Of a stretch of 64,000 nucleotides of DNA, positions 11,150 through 23,165 are shown piece after piece. The stretch comes from Octopus bimaculoides. Lineage: Eukaryota. The DNA lies in NCBI RefSeq assembly GCF_001194135.2, contig NC_069004.1:22362516-22426515 (forward strand), given 5' to 3'. A model generated the notes under the pieces. It ran no database searches. It was not told the DNA's origin and was given only the letters and a program-made list of their open reading frames with translations. The translations under genes and the position numbers were made by a program. Numbering within the stretch: position 1 is the first letter of the stretch; every line of letters starts with the position of its first letter.

Positions 11150-13330
11150 CCTGGTTAAAGATGAATTCAAGATGCTTTCTATCAGTTTTAAGTAAGAATT
11201 TTCTACTAAGTAAAAATGACAGCCATGTTTTGTGGTTCACACAATTGCTAAAGTTTTTCTTTCGATATTTTAATAATTAGATTCAGCTGAAGTTAACCTT
11301 GTTTAAAATAACACTGGGTGGTTATTGTGTGATAAAATTCCTTATTTAGAATGCTCACTAACATTAGTTGTCAATGTTATGTCTTTATGGGTGTCAAATA
11401 TCTTCACAGCAGGATTTTCAGCAAGTGCATATTTCAAATTCTCCAATGCCTTTTGCCAAGCATTTGACTTAGTAAATTAGATATTTTTTTCTTGTGCAAT
11501 TTGACAAATAGTTCAACCATTTCAGAATTTTTTGGTAACTATGAATTATGGAAATTTACCTATTCTAAAAATGATGCCAACTCATACTTATTAGCAGGAG
11601 AAAATACATATGGTACTTTTTGGATAAAATAAAAAATTGCACTTGTAGTGTCCATCCCAGCAGCAGTTTTAATGGTAGTAATTTGTTTGAAGTCATTATC
11701 TATTTGAATATGATGGAGTTTTGCAATAAATTTCATTGTAGCCAGCAAGTGAAAGGCACATTTGATATTAGGGATTGGACAAGAGTCCAAACAAATCTTG
11801 TGACTAGTGTCTACTTTAAAATCATTTCAGAAACACAGATCTGTCAGCTGGTATATATTCTAACAGTCCCTTAATTTGATAATTATTTGTAGAAAATATG
11901 CTTGTGGGTGCTGTTGCTATATAAGAAGCACCTGTACTGGTACCGTGTTAAATCATCCATGCTGTTACTGCGTAAAAGCACCCAGTACACTCTGTAAAAT
12001 GGTTGGTATTAGGAAGGGCATCCAGCTGTAGAAACTGTATCAAAACAAACATGGAACCCAGGCAGCTCTTCAGCTGGTTGGCTTTTTCAAATCATCCAAC
12101 CCATGCCAGCATGGAAAATGGATGTTAAATGTTGATGGTGATAAATTTCTGATATTCTATATTTGATACATATATTTTTTCTTTCAAATTAATACTGAGC
12201 TTATGATCTCTTTACATACCAGTATCTTCAACATCAGGCAAAATGGAGTTATCTTCTATTAATATTTAATGCATTACTTTCTAACTACACTGTAACTTTT
12301 ATCTGTTACTGATAGTGATGTGATTTTATATTGAATGCCTGTTTCTAGAGTACCTTAAAAGTTTTTGGTCTTAATTGTTGATATCAAATGAAGTTACTGA
12401 TAGCATTAGTGAGGGTTGGGTGATCAATGAATAGTTGGGAATTACTTGATATTATTCAGTTTAACTGGAAAGTGTTTTTTTTTCCATCTTGTAGTATAAA
12501 ATACATTTGGTTTAGTATTAGAGCTTTTATCATTCAATCTGTTTGAATATCCTTCACTTTTCTTTTTAAAGCTGCAAATTAATAAAAATAGTTCTTTTTG
12601 TTGCACAGTTATCTATTTCCTAATTGGATATTTCCCTTCAATAAATGCATGTTCAATACCTCAAAAATTGCATTTAGGAAATTTCCCTTTTTTGGCCAGA
12701 TGATAAGTATCAGCAACTCTCATTTTAACTTTGAGAAATATCAACTTTTTTTATAAGATTTGCTATCGTTTCTTGCTGAATGATATTCATACAGGCATGA
12801 AGTAACATTTTCCTAACTGTGGCTGTTCTAATATTTCTTGATCTTTGCAATGTATGAGACATACCTTCAATGAGTCTCATTTCTACCAATTCCTCTTCAA
12901 TACCTTGGTCAAGCTTATCAAATTCACAATATTTAATCTAGTCACAAAAACAATGTCTTTTAATGAGTTCAGAGAACTGCTGAAACAGACATAAACCTGT
13001 TTTATTCTGCAATGACTGACTTTTTTTTTAGGTCTCACTATAGTCTCCCATATTTTGGTAAAACTCATCTTGTCCAGTTGTTTTCAATAGACCACGAATA
13101 ACAACTTCAGTAAAGCTTTGTCATTTGTCCTCTATAAAAATTAATTTCTTTTCTTTTTCAGGCCACCATGTTTTATAATCTTTCAATTGTTTTGTTTTGT
13201 TCTAATGTTGGCTGCAAAATTTCTTAACCATGCCTCAACAAGGTCAGGGTTGCTCAACACCAATTCAGATCCTGACTTAAAAAGTTATATGCAAATACCA
13301 CATTATTTTGTTAAACTGCATCAACTAAGA
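11150..13330 (-). mobile_element. decayed Ty3/Gypsy LTR-retrotransposon gag-pol relic (RT, RNase H), interrupted by a SINE
   Basis: Minus-strand translation WQKALENLKYALAENPAVKIFDTHKDITLTTNVSEH..GILSHNNHPVLF*TRLTSAESNY*NIERKTLAIV matches Gypsy RNase H (Ty3). CPIPNIKCAFHLLATMKFIAKLHHIQIDNDFKQITTI is RT-like. Upstream 12500-13330 is protein-like (CEFDKLDQGIEEELVEMRLIEG), possibly gag. Confidence 0.82.
11905..12140 (+). mobile_element. SINE with RTE-type 3' tail inserted in the Gypsy relic
   Basis: GTAAAAGCACCCAGTACACTCTGT...AGGAAGGGCATCCAGCTGTAGAAAC...CCAACCCATGCCAGCATGGAA tail. Confidence 0.7.
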
Positions 13331-13454
13331 TAGGATCTGAATCTAATAGTCCACCTTAAATGTACCTAATCATTTGCAAACATATAAAAAAATATGCACC
13401 AATATTAACATACCAATATACAGTGTTCACAATATACAATATTGAGTTCAAATT

Positions 13455-13630
13455 TTGGCACAGGGCCAGCAGTTTTGAGGGAGAGGGTAAGTTAACTCCA
13501 GTGTTCAACTGGTACTTAAGGATGAAAGGCAAAGTTGACCTTGGCAGAATTTGAACTCAACGTAAAGATAGATGAAATGCTGCAGAGCATTTTGTCCAGT
13601 GTACAAATGATTTTGCCAGCTTGACAGTTT
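13455..13630 (+). mobile_element. SINE-like repeat, family B
   Basis: GGCACAGGGCCAGCAGTTTTGAGGG...TGGTACTT...GGATGAAAGGCAAAGT.GACCT.GG..GAATTTGAACTCA. Related copies near 19620, 26430, 26660, 33570, 33990, 55130. Confidence 0.75.
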
Positions 13631-14002
13631 CTTCACAATGTACAATGTTGATAGTATTGGTTTCACAACTTGCCCACTAATATCTTCACATTGATTAATG
13701 GAAATGTTCTTATGAAGTCTCCTTTAATTTTTATGGTTTCAACATGTGCATTTGTCACTTTACTAAGATTCATCTTGCCTTTACTGTCTCAGTTCTTAAA
13801 CACTTGATTCAGAGGTTTCCAAACTTATTTTGGTGTAGAAACCATTATACAGTTTTCTAAAATTCAGAAACTGTATCTACATTTTGTGAACCATCTCCAT
13901 TTTCCTAATTTTGATTAGACATTAAATGAAACAAAAATTGTTTTAGAATGATAATTTATTCATTTAAAAAGAAAACATTATTAACTTTATTGTTATACTT
14001 GG

Positions 14003-14173
14003 GGATGGTCATCTTTTTCTGATTAAACACATGCACTATTTATTTGATCTTCAGTTTAGCTTTATTCACAGTAAGTGTGACGAAAGAACTTTGACAAATA
14101 ACTAGAAATCATAAGCCAAAGTGAAGAGCAAATAAATAGAGCATGTGTTTAATTAGCAAAAGATGACCATTCC
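14003..14173. repeat. imperfect hairpin (~59-bp arms, ~52-nt loop)
   Basis: 14003-14061 is the approximate reverse complement of 14114-14173. Confidence 0.8.
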
Positions 14174-14429
14174 TAAATATGACAGTATCTGTTTTAACAC
14201 ATGATTTCACATCAAGAATTTTGCAAAACAAATAAATAAACATAATTTGATAACTAACTTATTTTGAAAATGGTGAATAGCATTTGCTTATGTAAAATAA
14301 GTTTTTATAAAATTTTATCAAAAAACATTCTATCTCATGGAACCTGAGGATTTTTTCCACAGAATGCTGGGGCTTGTAATAACCTACATTGAGAAAGACT
14401 GCCTTCATGTATACTTTGGTACTATTGTG

Positions 14430-14483
<54 letters not shown>

Positions 14484-14705
14484 TACAGGTGTGTGTGTGT
14501 GTGAAAGGACGACATTAAAATAATGATGGTGACCTATAGTATCATGGATTCTGATAGGGTACACAGAGTATTTCCAATGAAATGCACAATCCAAATTTCT
14601 GGCTGTCTACACTTTTGCAAAGAGTCTTGAAGAAAATTGAAAGTCTGCTGGTGCAGAAAATCCAAGTACATCACCAGTGAGCATGTGTGTGTGTGTATGT
14701 GTATA

Positions 14706-15206
14706 CAGGGTGTCCCGGAATTAGCTATTTAAATGTAATTAAGTAAATTAGAAAAAACAACAATCAGAATTTTATGTTTATTATTTAATTATGACACCAA
14801 AACAAATAGATTTATAAATTTTATGTGAAAACTTTATTGAATATTTTCAACATGTGCTCAGTCTGTATCCCTGCAAATTTCAAATCTACCCTAAGCACAT
14901 TTTGAAACATTTTCAGGTGTTACCTCCTGCACTGTTAGCTGAATGCATTCTCTAAGTTCAGCTAAACTATTGTTCCATCCTGGGGGTGAAGATAGAGAAA
15001 ATGATTGCAGCCAAATCGGAAAAAAAGCTGTTGTGGACAGATAAGCAGGATCCAACAGGAATGGAAATAAATTTATAAAAAGAATTATAAAATTTAAAAT
15101 TTCTGCACTTTTAACATATATTAAACATGATAAACATAAATAAGAGAGATTAAAAAAAAAGTTTTCTGATTTCACTGAAATAGATAGTTAATTCTAGGAC
15201 ACCCTA
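14706..15206 (-). mobile_element. Tc1/mariner deletion derivative with TIRs
   Basis: TA|CAGGGTGTCC ... GGACACCCTA|TA termini; internal remnant NNSLAELRECIQLTVQEVTPE of a transposase C-terminus. Confidence 0.7.
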
Positions 15207-15284
15207 TATGTGTGTATATGTGTACATGTGTGTGTATATATGTATGTGTGTGTATAGATTATGTGTGTGTGTCTGTATATGGAC

Positions 15285-15433
15285 GCAGGCTGGGTGAAAA
15301 CTGCGCGGTCGGCAGCTGCCAGAGAGAGAACGAGAAGGAAAGAAGCATCAGTTGTGGCGTGCAAGAGAGACGATTGCGCTGGTATGGACATGTGGTGAGA
15401 ATGGAGGAGGATAGCTGCGTGAAAAAGTGCCAC
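15285..15433 (+). mobile_element. RTE LINE 3' fragment
   Basis: ISCGVQERRLRWYGHVVRMEEDSCVKKC. Confidence 0.85.
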
Positions 15434-15443
15434 NNNNNNNNNN

Positions 15444-15478
<35 letters not shown>

Positions 15479-15895
15479 ACAAATAATAAATGAGTATATG
15501 CATATATACGTACAAGTATGTGCATACCTACATCTACCTGTATATATAGGTGCATATCTGGGTACAGGACATTGCAAACAAAACATAGACAAAAAAATAA
15601 TAATAACCAGAGTACAGAAAACACACGGGCCACAGAGAACATTTTCCTTCATCAGCTGCCCCCATTCTAACACAGGCGTTTCGAAGAGTTAGGGCAGGAC
15701 GCATCGTTAAAATGGCTCTTCCCATGGACCACAAATTAAATTTGTATACACAAATTAAACTTGTACCATGGAGGAATGTAGTGGCGAACAGAAAACAAGA
15801 CAGGAAAACAAACGGAAAAGAAAACAAGACAGGAAAACAAATTGAAAAGGCTATACGGCCAGACGTGAAAAATTATGTGTATATTGAACACTGTT

Positions 15896-15935
<40 letters not shown>

Positions 15936-15937
<2 letters not shown>

Positions 15938-16210
15938 TGCAGGAGTGGCTGTATGGTAAGAAGCTTGCTTCTCAACCACATGGTTCCAGATTCAGTCCCA
16001 CTGTGTGGCATCTTGGGCAAGTGTCTTCTGCTATAGCCTCAGGCCAACTAAAGCCTTGTGAGTGGATTTGCTAGACGGAAACAGAAAGAAGCTTGTCGTA
16101 TATATATATATATATGTGTGTATATGGTGTCCCCCCACCATCACCTGACAACTGATGTTGGTGTGTTTACATCCTCATAACTTAGCGGTTCAGTCAAATG
16201 ACTGAAACAA
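15936..16210 (+). mobile_element. tRNA-derived SINE family A, near full length
   Basis: GGTGCAGGAGTGGCTGTATGGTAAGAAGCTTGC...GATTCAGTCCC head. Further copies or fragments at ~26945-27360(+), 35095-35250(+), 40270-40480(-), 40860-41225(-), 46050-46200(+), 49190-49350(+), 52590-52790(+), 53715-53815(-), 56050-56210(+). Confidence 0.85.
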
Positions 16211-16330
16211 GTAAAAAAAAATATAATATATATAAGCCCTCCCCCCTGCAAAAATAAACCAGGTGGTGGTGTTAAACCAGATGATGAATTAAGACTACCA
16301 CTGAAGAACTCAGAATGCAAAAACCTGAAG

Positions 16331-17025
16331 AAATACTGCAAGGCATCTCAACTAATGCTTTAACATTTCTGCCAATCCTCTATCTGAAAGGATGAAAGGC
16401 AAAGTTGGCCCCAGTGTGATTGGAATTAAAGTGCTGCTGGGACAAATACTGCAAGGCATCTCAACTAATGCTTTAACATTTCTGCCAATCCTCNNNNNNN
16501 NNNNNNNNNNNNNNNNNNNNNNNNNNNNNNNNNNNNNNNNNNNNNNNNNNNNNNNNNNNNNNNNNNNNNNNNNNNNNNNNNNNNNNNNNNNNNNNNNNNN
16601 NNNNNNNNNNNNNNNNNNNNNNNNNNNNNNNNNNNNNNNNNNNNNNNNNNNNNNNNNNNNNNNNNNNNNNNNNNNNNNNNNNNNNNNNNNNNNNNNNNNN
16701 NNNNNNNNNNNNNNNNNNNNNNNNNNNNNNNNNNNNNNNNNNNNNNNNNNNNNNNNNNNNNNNNNNNNNNNNNNNNNNNNNNNNNNNNNNNNNNNNNNNN
16801 NNNNNNNNNNNNNNNNNNNNNNNNNNNNNNNNNNNNNNNNNNNNNNNNNNNNNNNNNNNNNNNNNNNNNNNNNNNNNNNNNNNNNNNNNNNGAAATACTG
16901 CAAGGCATCTCAACTAATGCTTTAACATTTCTGCCAATCCTCTATCTGAAAGGATGAAAGGCAAAGTTGGCCTCAGTGTGATTTGGAATTAAAGTGCTGC
17001 TGGGACAAATACTGCAAGGCATCTT
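16331..17025. repeat. ~113-bp tandem repeat derived from a family B SINE segment, partly collapsed into a gap
   Basis: AAATACTGCAAGGCATC recurs at 16331, 16444, 16893 and 17007; the unit contains GAAAGGATGAAAGGCAAAGTTG. Confidence 0.85.
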
Positions 17026-17237
17026 CTATGGCTCTGAAGACTTTGCCAATTTGATGTCTATATATTTAGTTAACTGGTATATGTATATAGATTTCCTTTC
17101 GTGTATAGATAATTTACATGGATATCAATCATTTTCAATAGAAGAAAGTTTGTTTATATATAATCTCTTTGTGTATAGATCACCTGTTATGTATCTACAT
17201 AACCTAGGTGTATGTAAATGATATGCTGTGTATCTAA

Positions 17238-17446
17238 CCCTTTAGCATTTAAACTGGCCATATTTGGCCAAAATATTCTCCCTGTTTTATTCAGCTAGAT
17301 CTGGCCTCTCACAAATACTCTACAGTGTCATTTTAAAAATAAACAATTACATCATTGAAATCTCAAAGCTATGAGATAGTGCATGATGAATTCAAAATAA
17401 TGCAAATAAGCATTACATTTAACAAAGTAATCTGAATGCTAAAGGG
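17238..17446. mobile_element. piggyBac-type MITE with CTAA target-site duplication
   Basis: CTAA|CCCTTTAGCATT ... AATGCTAAAGGG|CTAA. Same family at ~39620-39837 and 39931-40126; the latter is TTAA-flanked. Confidence 0.75.
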
Positions 17447-18439
17447 CTAAATAATTTGGGTGTATATAGCTTATGTGCTGTGTATCTAAATAATCTGGGT
17501 GTATATAGATCAGCCATTGGCATACTGCAGCCAATGGGAATTCCTGAATGGCATCTAATGAAAAATTACCTTGAATTTTTTTAGTGGTGTGGCCCACCTG
17601 AAGATGAAGTATACCTGACATAGCCCAGTTCTTGAAAAAGGATGCCCATGCCTTGTGTAAAAAAGGCAGATAGAGATTATCTGCCTTGTAAAAAAATTAT
17701 CTGTAGGTATATAGATCATTTGCAATGCATATATGTGTATTTGTGTATAGGTTGTCAGCCATGTATATAGATAATGTATATGTATAGATTATTTGCCTGT
17801 GTATGAATAATCTATGTATATAAATAATAATCTATAAATGATCTAGTTTATCTAATAGTTCCTTATTACTTTATTTATGAGCTCATTAAACATTTCTTGA
17901 CCAGGTTTTATTGAAATATATTGATTGAAATATATTGATAAAATATATTACCTCTGATTTCCAATTATTGTTTATTGTTATCTTTTATCTTTGCTTGTTT
18001 CAATCATTGGACTGGGGCTATGCTGGGGCACTGCCTTGAAGGATTTAGTCAAATAAATTGACATACTTTTTAAGTCTGGTACTTATTCTATCAGTTTCTT
18101 TTGTCTGCTAAGTTACAGTAACAAACAAAGCAACACTGGTTGTCAAGTGATTGTAGGGGGACAAACATAACACTAATACACACAGATACATTTACACATA
18201 TCATCATCATCTTCGTCATCATATTTAACATCAGTTTTCCATGTTGGTATGGGTTGGATGGTTTGACACGGAACTGTCCAGTTGGGCAGCTCTCCAGACT
18301 TCAATTGACTGGATGCCCTTCCGAACATCTGCCATTTTACAGAGATTGCTGGGTGCTTTTTACATGCCACCGGCATGGGTGCAATTATGAGCACTGGCAC
18401 AAGTGCATTTTATGTGGCGATGGCTTGTAAAGAACAAGC

Positions 18440-19230
18440 CTGTATGTATGGATGACAGTGATTTTCACTTATCTTGGCTCGTCTTCTCAAAAACAGCAAA
18501 TCGCCACAACTTCTGGTCCCTTGTCATTTCCTCAGTGAGGCTCAGCGACCAAAGATCCTTTCTCACCACTTCATCCCACGTCTTCCTGAGTCTACCCCTT
18601 CCATGGATTCCCTCCACAATTAGAACTCAGCACTTGTTTATGCAGCTGTCCTCATCCATGTTCATCACATGACCGAACCAGCACAGTCTTCTCTCTTGCA
18701 CACAACATCTGATGCCTCTTATGCCCAGTTTTCTTTCAAGCCTTCACAAGCCCTTTGTAGTCAAAACCCATGTTTCACTGCCATATAGTTACCCACAAAG
18801 GTGAAAGTTCTCTGAGCTTTGCCGAGCCTGTTCTTGTTCTAGTAACTTTCAGATCTTCCTCCTCCATTGCTAACTTGGTCACCTAGGTAACAGAAGCTAT
18901 CTAATACTAATGCATCCCCCTCAGAAGCATTGAGGGAGTCTATTTGTATATTTTTAGTGCTTATTGTAGCTGCACATTTGCCACACACAAAGAAGACTAT
19001 ATTCTCTGTTAACCTTCCTGTGATACCACTACATCTCTTATGTATCCAAAACTTGCACTGGGTGCAATGTATGGATTTTCTATCAACACCCTTCTTACAT
19101 ATTGAGTAGGGCCGTCTCCCTGAAGGGATTTGTGATTTGTCTGTTTTCCTACTTACTAGGATTTTGTTTTCTGCTAAATTAACTCTAAGACCCTTAGATT
19201 CCATGCTTTGAGGATAGCTGCTGGAAGATC
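18440..19230 (-). mobile_element. RTE LINE 3' fragment
   Basis: ORF 18839..19204 MESKGLRVNLAENKILVS...HCTQCKFWIHKRCSGI...FCYLGDQVSNGGG, then the RWFGHV-type region (plus strand ACATGACCGAACCAGC). Confidence 0.88.
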
Positions 19231-19432
19231 CTATTCTGAAGTTGTCTGGAAGCTGTGATTGAAGCCAATGGTAATTTTATTGAATAAATTTGCTCTTTAG
19301 TATTTCAAGATATATTTATGTAACTGGTAAATATATCTGTTAAAATGAAATGTCAGTGTTATTTTTATTTTTGCGTAATTTAGAAGACAGTTTATTCACC
19401 GCTCCCTATATATATACACATACATACATACA

Positions 19433-19591
19433 TGAGGGGGTGCTGGGGAGGTTCTGGCTTTAAGAGTGTTGTAAAAGGCTTGGTTGAAGGTCCAAGTTTC
19501 AGAGTTTTTTTACAGAGCTTAGAAAAACTAATTAACCGATCCTCTTGTATTTTCTTTTACTCAAAGCCAGGAACTTTTCAGCACTCCCTTG
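19433..19591. mobile_element. mariner-derived MITE; sibling at 38446-38654
   Basis: TIR (T)GAGGGGGTGCTG....GTTC.TGGCTT / AAGCCAGGAACTTTTCAGCAC.CCCTTG; the sibling is TA-flanked. Confidence 0.75.
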
Positions 19592-19761
19592 TGTGTGTGT
19601 GTATATGTTTCTTTATTGCCCACAGGGGCTAAAAATTGAGGGGACAAACAAGGACAGGCAACAGGATTAAGTCGATTACATTGATCCCCAGTGCGTAACT
19701 GGTACTTATTTAATTGACTCCGAAAGGATGAAAGGCAAAGTCAACCTCGGCTGAATTTGAG

Positions 19762-19799
<38 letters not shown>

Positions 19800-19803
<4 letters not shown>

Positions 19804-20128
19804 TCATCATCGTTTAACGTCTGCTTTCCATGCTAGCAAGGGTTGGACGATTTGACTGAGGACTGGCGAACTAGATGACTGCACCAGGCTCCAATCTGAT
19901 CTGGCAGAGTTTCTACAGCTAGATGCCCTTCCTAACGCCAACCACTCCGAGAGTGTAGTGGGTGCTTTTGCGTGCCACTGGCATGAGGGTCAGTCAGGCG
20001 CTACTGGCAACAGCCATGCTCAAGTGGTGTTATTTACGTGCCACCGGCACAAAAGCCAGACAGCTGCTCTGGCAATGATCATGCTTGGACGGTGCTGTTA
20101 GCGCTTCACTGGCACGGGTGCTAGTTAT
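19800..20128 (-). mobile_element. SINE/RTE-type tail with GC-rich tandem block, running into a gap
   Basis: CATCATCATCGTTTAACGTCTGCTTTCCATGCTAGCAAGGGTTGG, the reverse complement of the common tail. Confidence 0.7.
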
Positions 20129-20557
20129 NNNNNNNNNNNNNNNNNNNNNNNNNNNNNNNNNNNNNNNNNNNNNNNNNNNNNNNNNNNNNNNNNNNNNNNN
20201 NNNNNNNNNNNNNNNNNNNNNNNNNNNNNNNNNNNNNNNNNNNNNNNNNNNNNNNNNNNNNNNNNNNNNNNNNNNNNNNNNNNNNNNNNNNNNNNNNNNN
20301 NNNNNNNNNNNNNNNNNNNNNNNNNNNNNNNNNNNNNNNNNNNNNNNNNNNNNNNNNNNNNNNNNNNNNNNNNNNNNNNNNNNNNNNNNNNNNNNNNNNN
20401 NNNNNNNNNNNNNGCTCTTGTGTTCATAAAGAAGAAATTTTTTCATAATATACTTGCTACACACACACATTAGCTTGGTATGCTGTATATCATAAATACT
20501 ACCTAGTTTGATCAACAATATTAAAACTGAATATTTTTAGGTTAGGCATTTATTATA

Positions 20558-21062
20558 CAGGGTGCCCCAAAAGTCACTGATGAGTTTCAATTTTTAATAA
20601 CTTCCTTAACTTTACAAATAAATGCATGAAATTTTGATACAATATAAAGGGCAGAATGGAAATAAATATGCATAAGACAAATTTTGCAACACCACTACAT
20701 CACATATAAAAAAATGACATTGCTTAAATGGCAGCCATTTTTGGTTTTGCATGCCTGTACTCTTTCCAAAACTTGCATCATAACACCCTCAAAAATTTCA
20801 CACCCCACTTCTCTGATTTCTCTATTGATGTTCTCCTTCAGTTGCACCAGGGTCTCCGGTTTGTTGACGTAAACTCTCTCTTTCAGGTATTTCCACAAGG
20901 GAAAAAACCCAGGCTAGTCAAGTCTAGGGAATGTGAAGGCCAGTTGTAGTGGGAGATTGTTCTCTCTCCAAAGCACTGCTGTAGCAACTGCATTGTTTCT
21001 ATTGCAGTATGAGCAGTTGCCCCATCTTGCTGGAACCATGTGTGAGGTCTACTTTGAATAGC
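20558..21062 (-). mobile_element. Tc1/mariner transposase 3' relic with terminal TIR
   Basis: WFQQDGATAHTA...WPSHSLDLT...YLKERVYVNKPETLVQLKENI; terminal TA|CAGGGTGCCCCAAAA. Confidence 0.88.
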
Positions 21063-21120
21063 ACACACACACACACACACACACACACGAATATATATGT
21101 ATATTCACACACACACACAA

Positions 21121-21845
21121 CAGAAGTAAATAGACACCCTTAAAATCGTTAAAATTTATTTTAATCAGAAATTATACATTCAAATTATTTATTAATTGTT
21201 ACAATGTGAATATTTAATATTTAGTAGACCTGCCCCTTGCATGGAAAAATGCAAGGACCCTACTAGGCATGTTAATGATCAGATGATGAATATTCTCTTG
21301 TGAAATTTTTTGCCAAGTTTCATGCAATAATTTCAAACGATCTGACTTTGAAGATGCTTTCTTGTTCTTTATATGAAATGTCCTGTCCATTATGCCCCCG
21401 AGGTGTTCAATAGGGTTCATACCTGGTAACTGGCTTGGCCATGGAAGCTTTTTAATGCCATTCTTATCCAACAGATCTTGGATCATTTTAGCTCTATCTT
21501 TAGCTCCATCATTTTAGCCCCATCTTCCATAAATAAAGAGTCTTCTTTAATCATTTCACCACTTGAAAAGATTGGAAGGGGTCCTTTCTGCAATATGGAC
21601 ATGTATTTATCTGAGTTTGCCTTCCTCACACTCCACCAGCTCTGATTGACCATATCTCCAAATTTCTCCCCAGACCATCACAGAATAGCTGCCATGTTTC
21701 ACTGTTGGCTGCAATCTTTTCACATCAAATTCTTGATCACAGAGTTTCCAGATCCACACTTGATGACTGTCAGAAAGTACAGCAAATCTAAACTCACTAG
21801 AGAATATGACTGTCCCAAAATGCAATGGGTGTCTATTTACTTCTG
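21121..21845 (-). mobile_element. internally deleted Tc1-like element with perfect 19-bp TIRs
   Basis: CAGAAGTAAATAGACACCC / GGGTGTCTATTTACTTCTG; remnants PTVKHGSYSVMVWG and LPWPSQLPGMNPIEHL. Confidence 0.9.
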
Positions 21846-22089
21846 TCATGTCTGTATGTATAAGAGATTATTACTACCTCATGTGGTTTTGTGTTCAACC
21901 TGCTACGTAACATTCTATATATCTGTATCCTATCTATGCAACTTTCAGTATATAAAACCAGAGGCATAAATGATTTGGTATCTGTTATGTTATGTATAAA
22001 TATAAAATCTGGAGAAGTTAGTTGTAGGTTTGTATTAGTAAAAAAAAATATGAGAGAATAAAATTATTTTCTAGAAATATAATTATATA

Positions 22090-22750
22090 GAAATAAAACT
22101 AGTGTATTAAGCCAGGTGAAAAAGGAAAAATTATCAACATTATTTCAGTCTCAGGCCTTTTTTTTTCAAGATAGAGGATAAATTGAGAAGAGTGAAAAAT
22201 ATTGTCCTTGTGTTGTTTCAATGAGCCTTTAGTGGTCATGAACACTGAAAGTGGCAGGTAGTGGGTGGGTGGGGGTTTATACAAGAGAAGAGTGGAGACG
22301 GACAGTGGGAAAATAATGGTCGGAATAACCAGCAACAGCAGGTAGTATTGACAAGTGTGTGAGAGCAGATGAGTAGAAGAGTTGAAAGGTGTATGTGTAT
22401 GTTTGTAAGAAGTTGAAAGGAAAAAAATAAAGAGTTAGAGCGAAAATAATTGCTTGTTAATTCTAATGAGAGAGAATGTCCCCAAAAGAAATGTCAGTTG
22501 TTCATGAGGGAGTTGGGTGCAAAGTGAGAACCCTGATGCTGGAGTTTCTATCGAAAGACAGAAAGGGTCAAAATTTAAGTGCTGAGTTGAAATGCTGTGC
22601 AACAGGGTTAACCATCAAGGCACTGACCAAGTTGGTATTTTATGCAAGAAATTATCTACTTGGAGGTACAAGTGAAATGGTTTGCAATTTGGAAGGTAGA
22701 CCCAAGACTGTTTTAGGTGATGATGTAATAGGTAAAATGACATATTAAGT
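22090..22750 (-). mobile_element. degenerate Penelope-like 3' fragment related to 610-1130
   Basis: Minus strand CCTGCCACTTTCAGTGTTCATGACCACTA resembles CCTGCCACTTTGTTTTTATGGCACTA at ~972. Confidence 0.35.
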
Positions 22751-23078
22751 TGTAAGTGGGAACAAGTGGCTGATTCACATTGTTTCCACTCATGTCCTTC
22801 AAGGGTTTTAATTTCTTACATTTGCTTCAGCATTAATACCAGTCTGATATTTTATTGATTCTGTTTATCAAATGGCTTGGCTATTATTATAAGTTTTTTT
22901 TTAATGTAAAAAGATGCAAAATACTGTGCTGTTTTCTGTTCCACCCTTGCACATGTATGTGTGCATGTAGGAGGATGCAGTTTATTTGAAATAGGTCGAA
23001 GAAGAATTTCATGTTTTAGAGAAAAAATTCAGTTTAAAAACATTTTGTTTTCTTTCTCAGATGAAGGGAAAGCTCTAA

Positions 23079-23165
23079 ATGGTGAATTGGCACAAGCAGT
23101 GGCGTGTCTGCCTTGCAGTGTTTATCTTGACTACTTTCATTCTTCTGGGATTAATAAATAAATAA
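23079..23165 (+). CDS. candidate 28-aa single-pass micropeptide MVNWHKQWRVCLAVFILTTFILLGLINK
   Basis: Strong acceptor TTTTGTTTTCTTTCTCAG (exon start 23061), ATG at 23079, 17-aa hydrophobic run, AATAAA at 23434. No homologue recognised. Confidence 0.22.
   Translation: MVNWHKQWRVCLAVFILTTFILLGLINK

Noticed and set aside
14361-14417. Exon MLGLVITYIEKDCLHVYF
   Set aside because: The acceptor is plausible, but the donor is weak, the phase does not fit the 8724 donor, and I recognise no homology.
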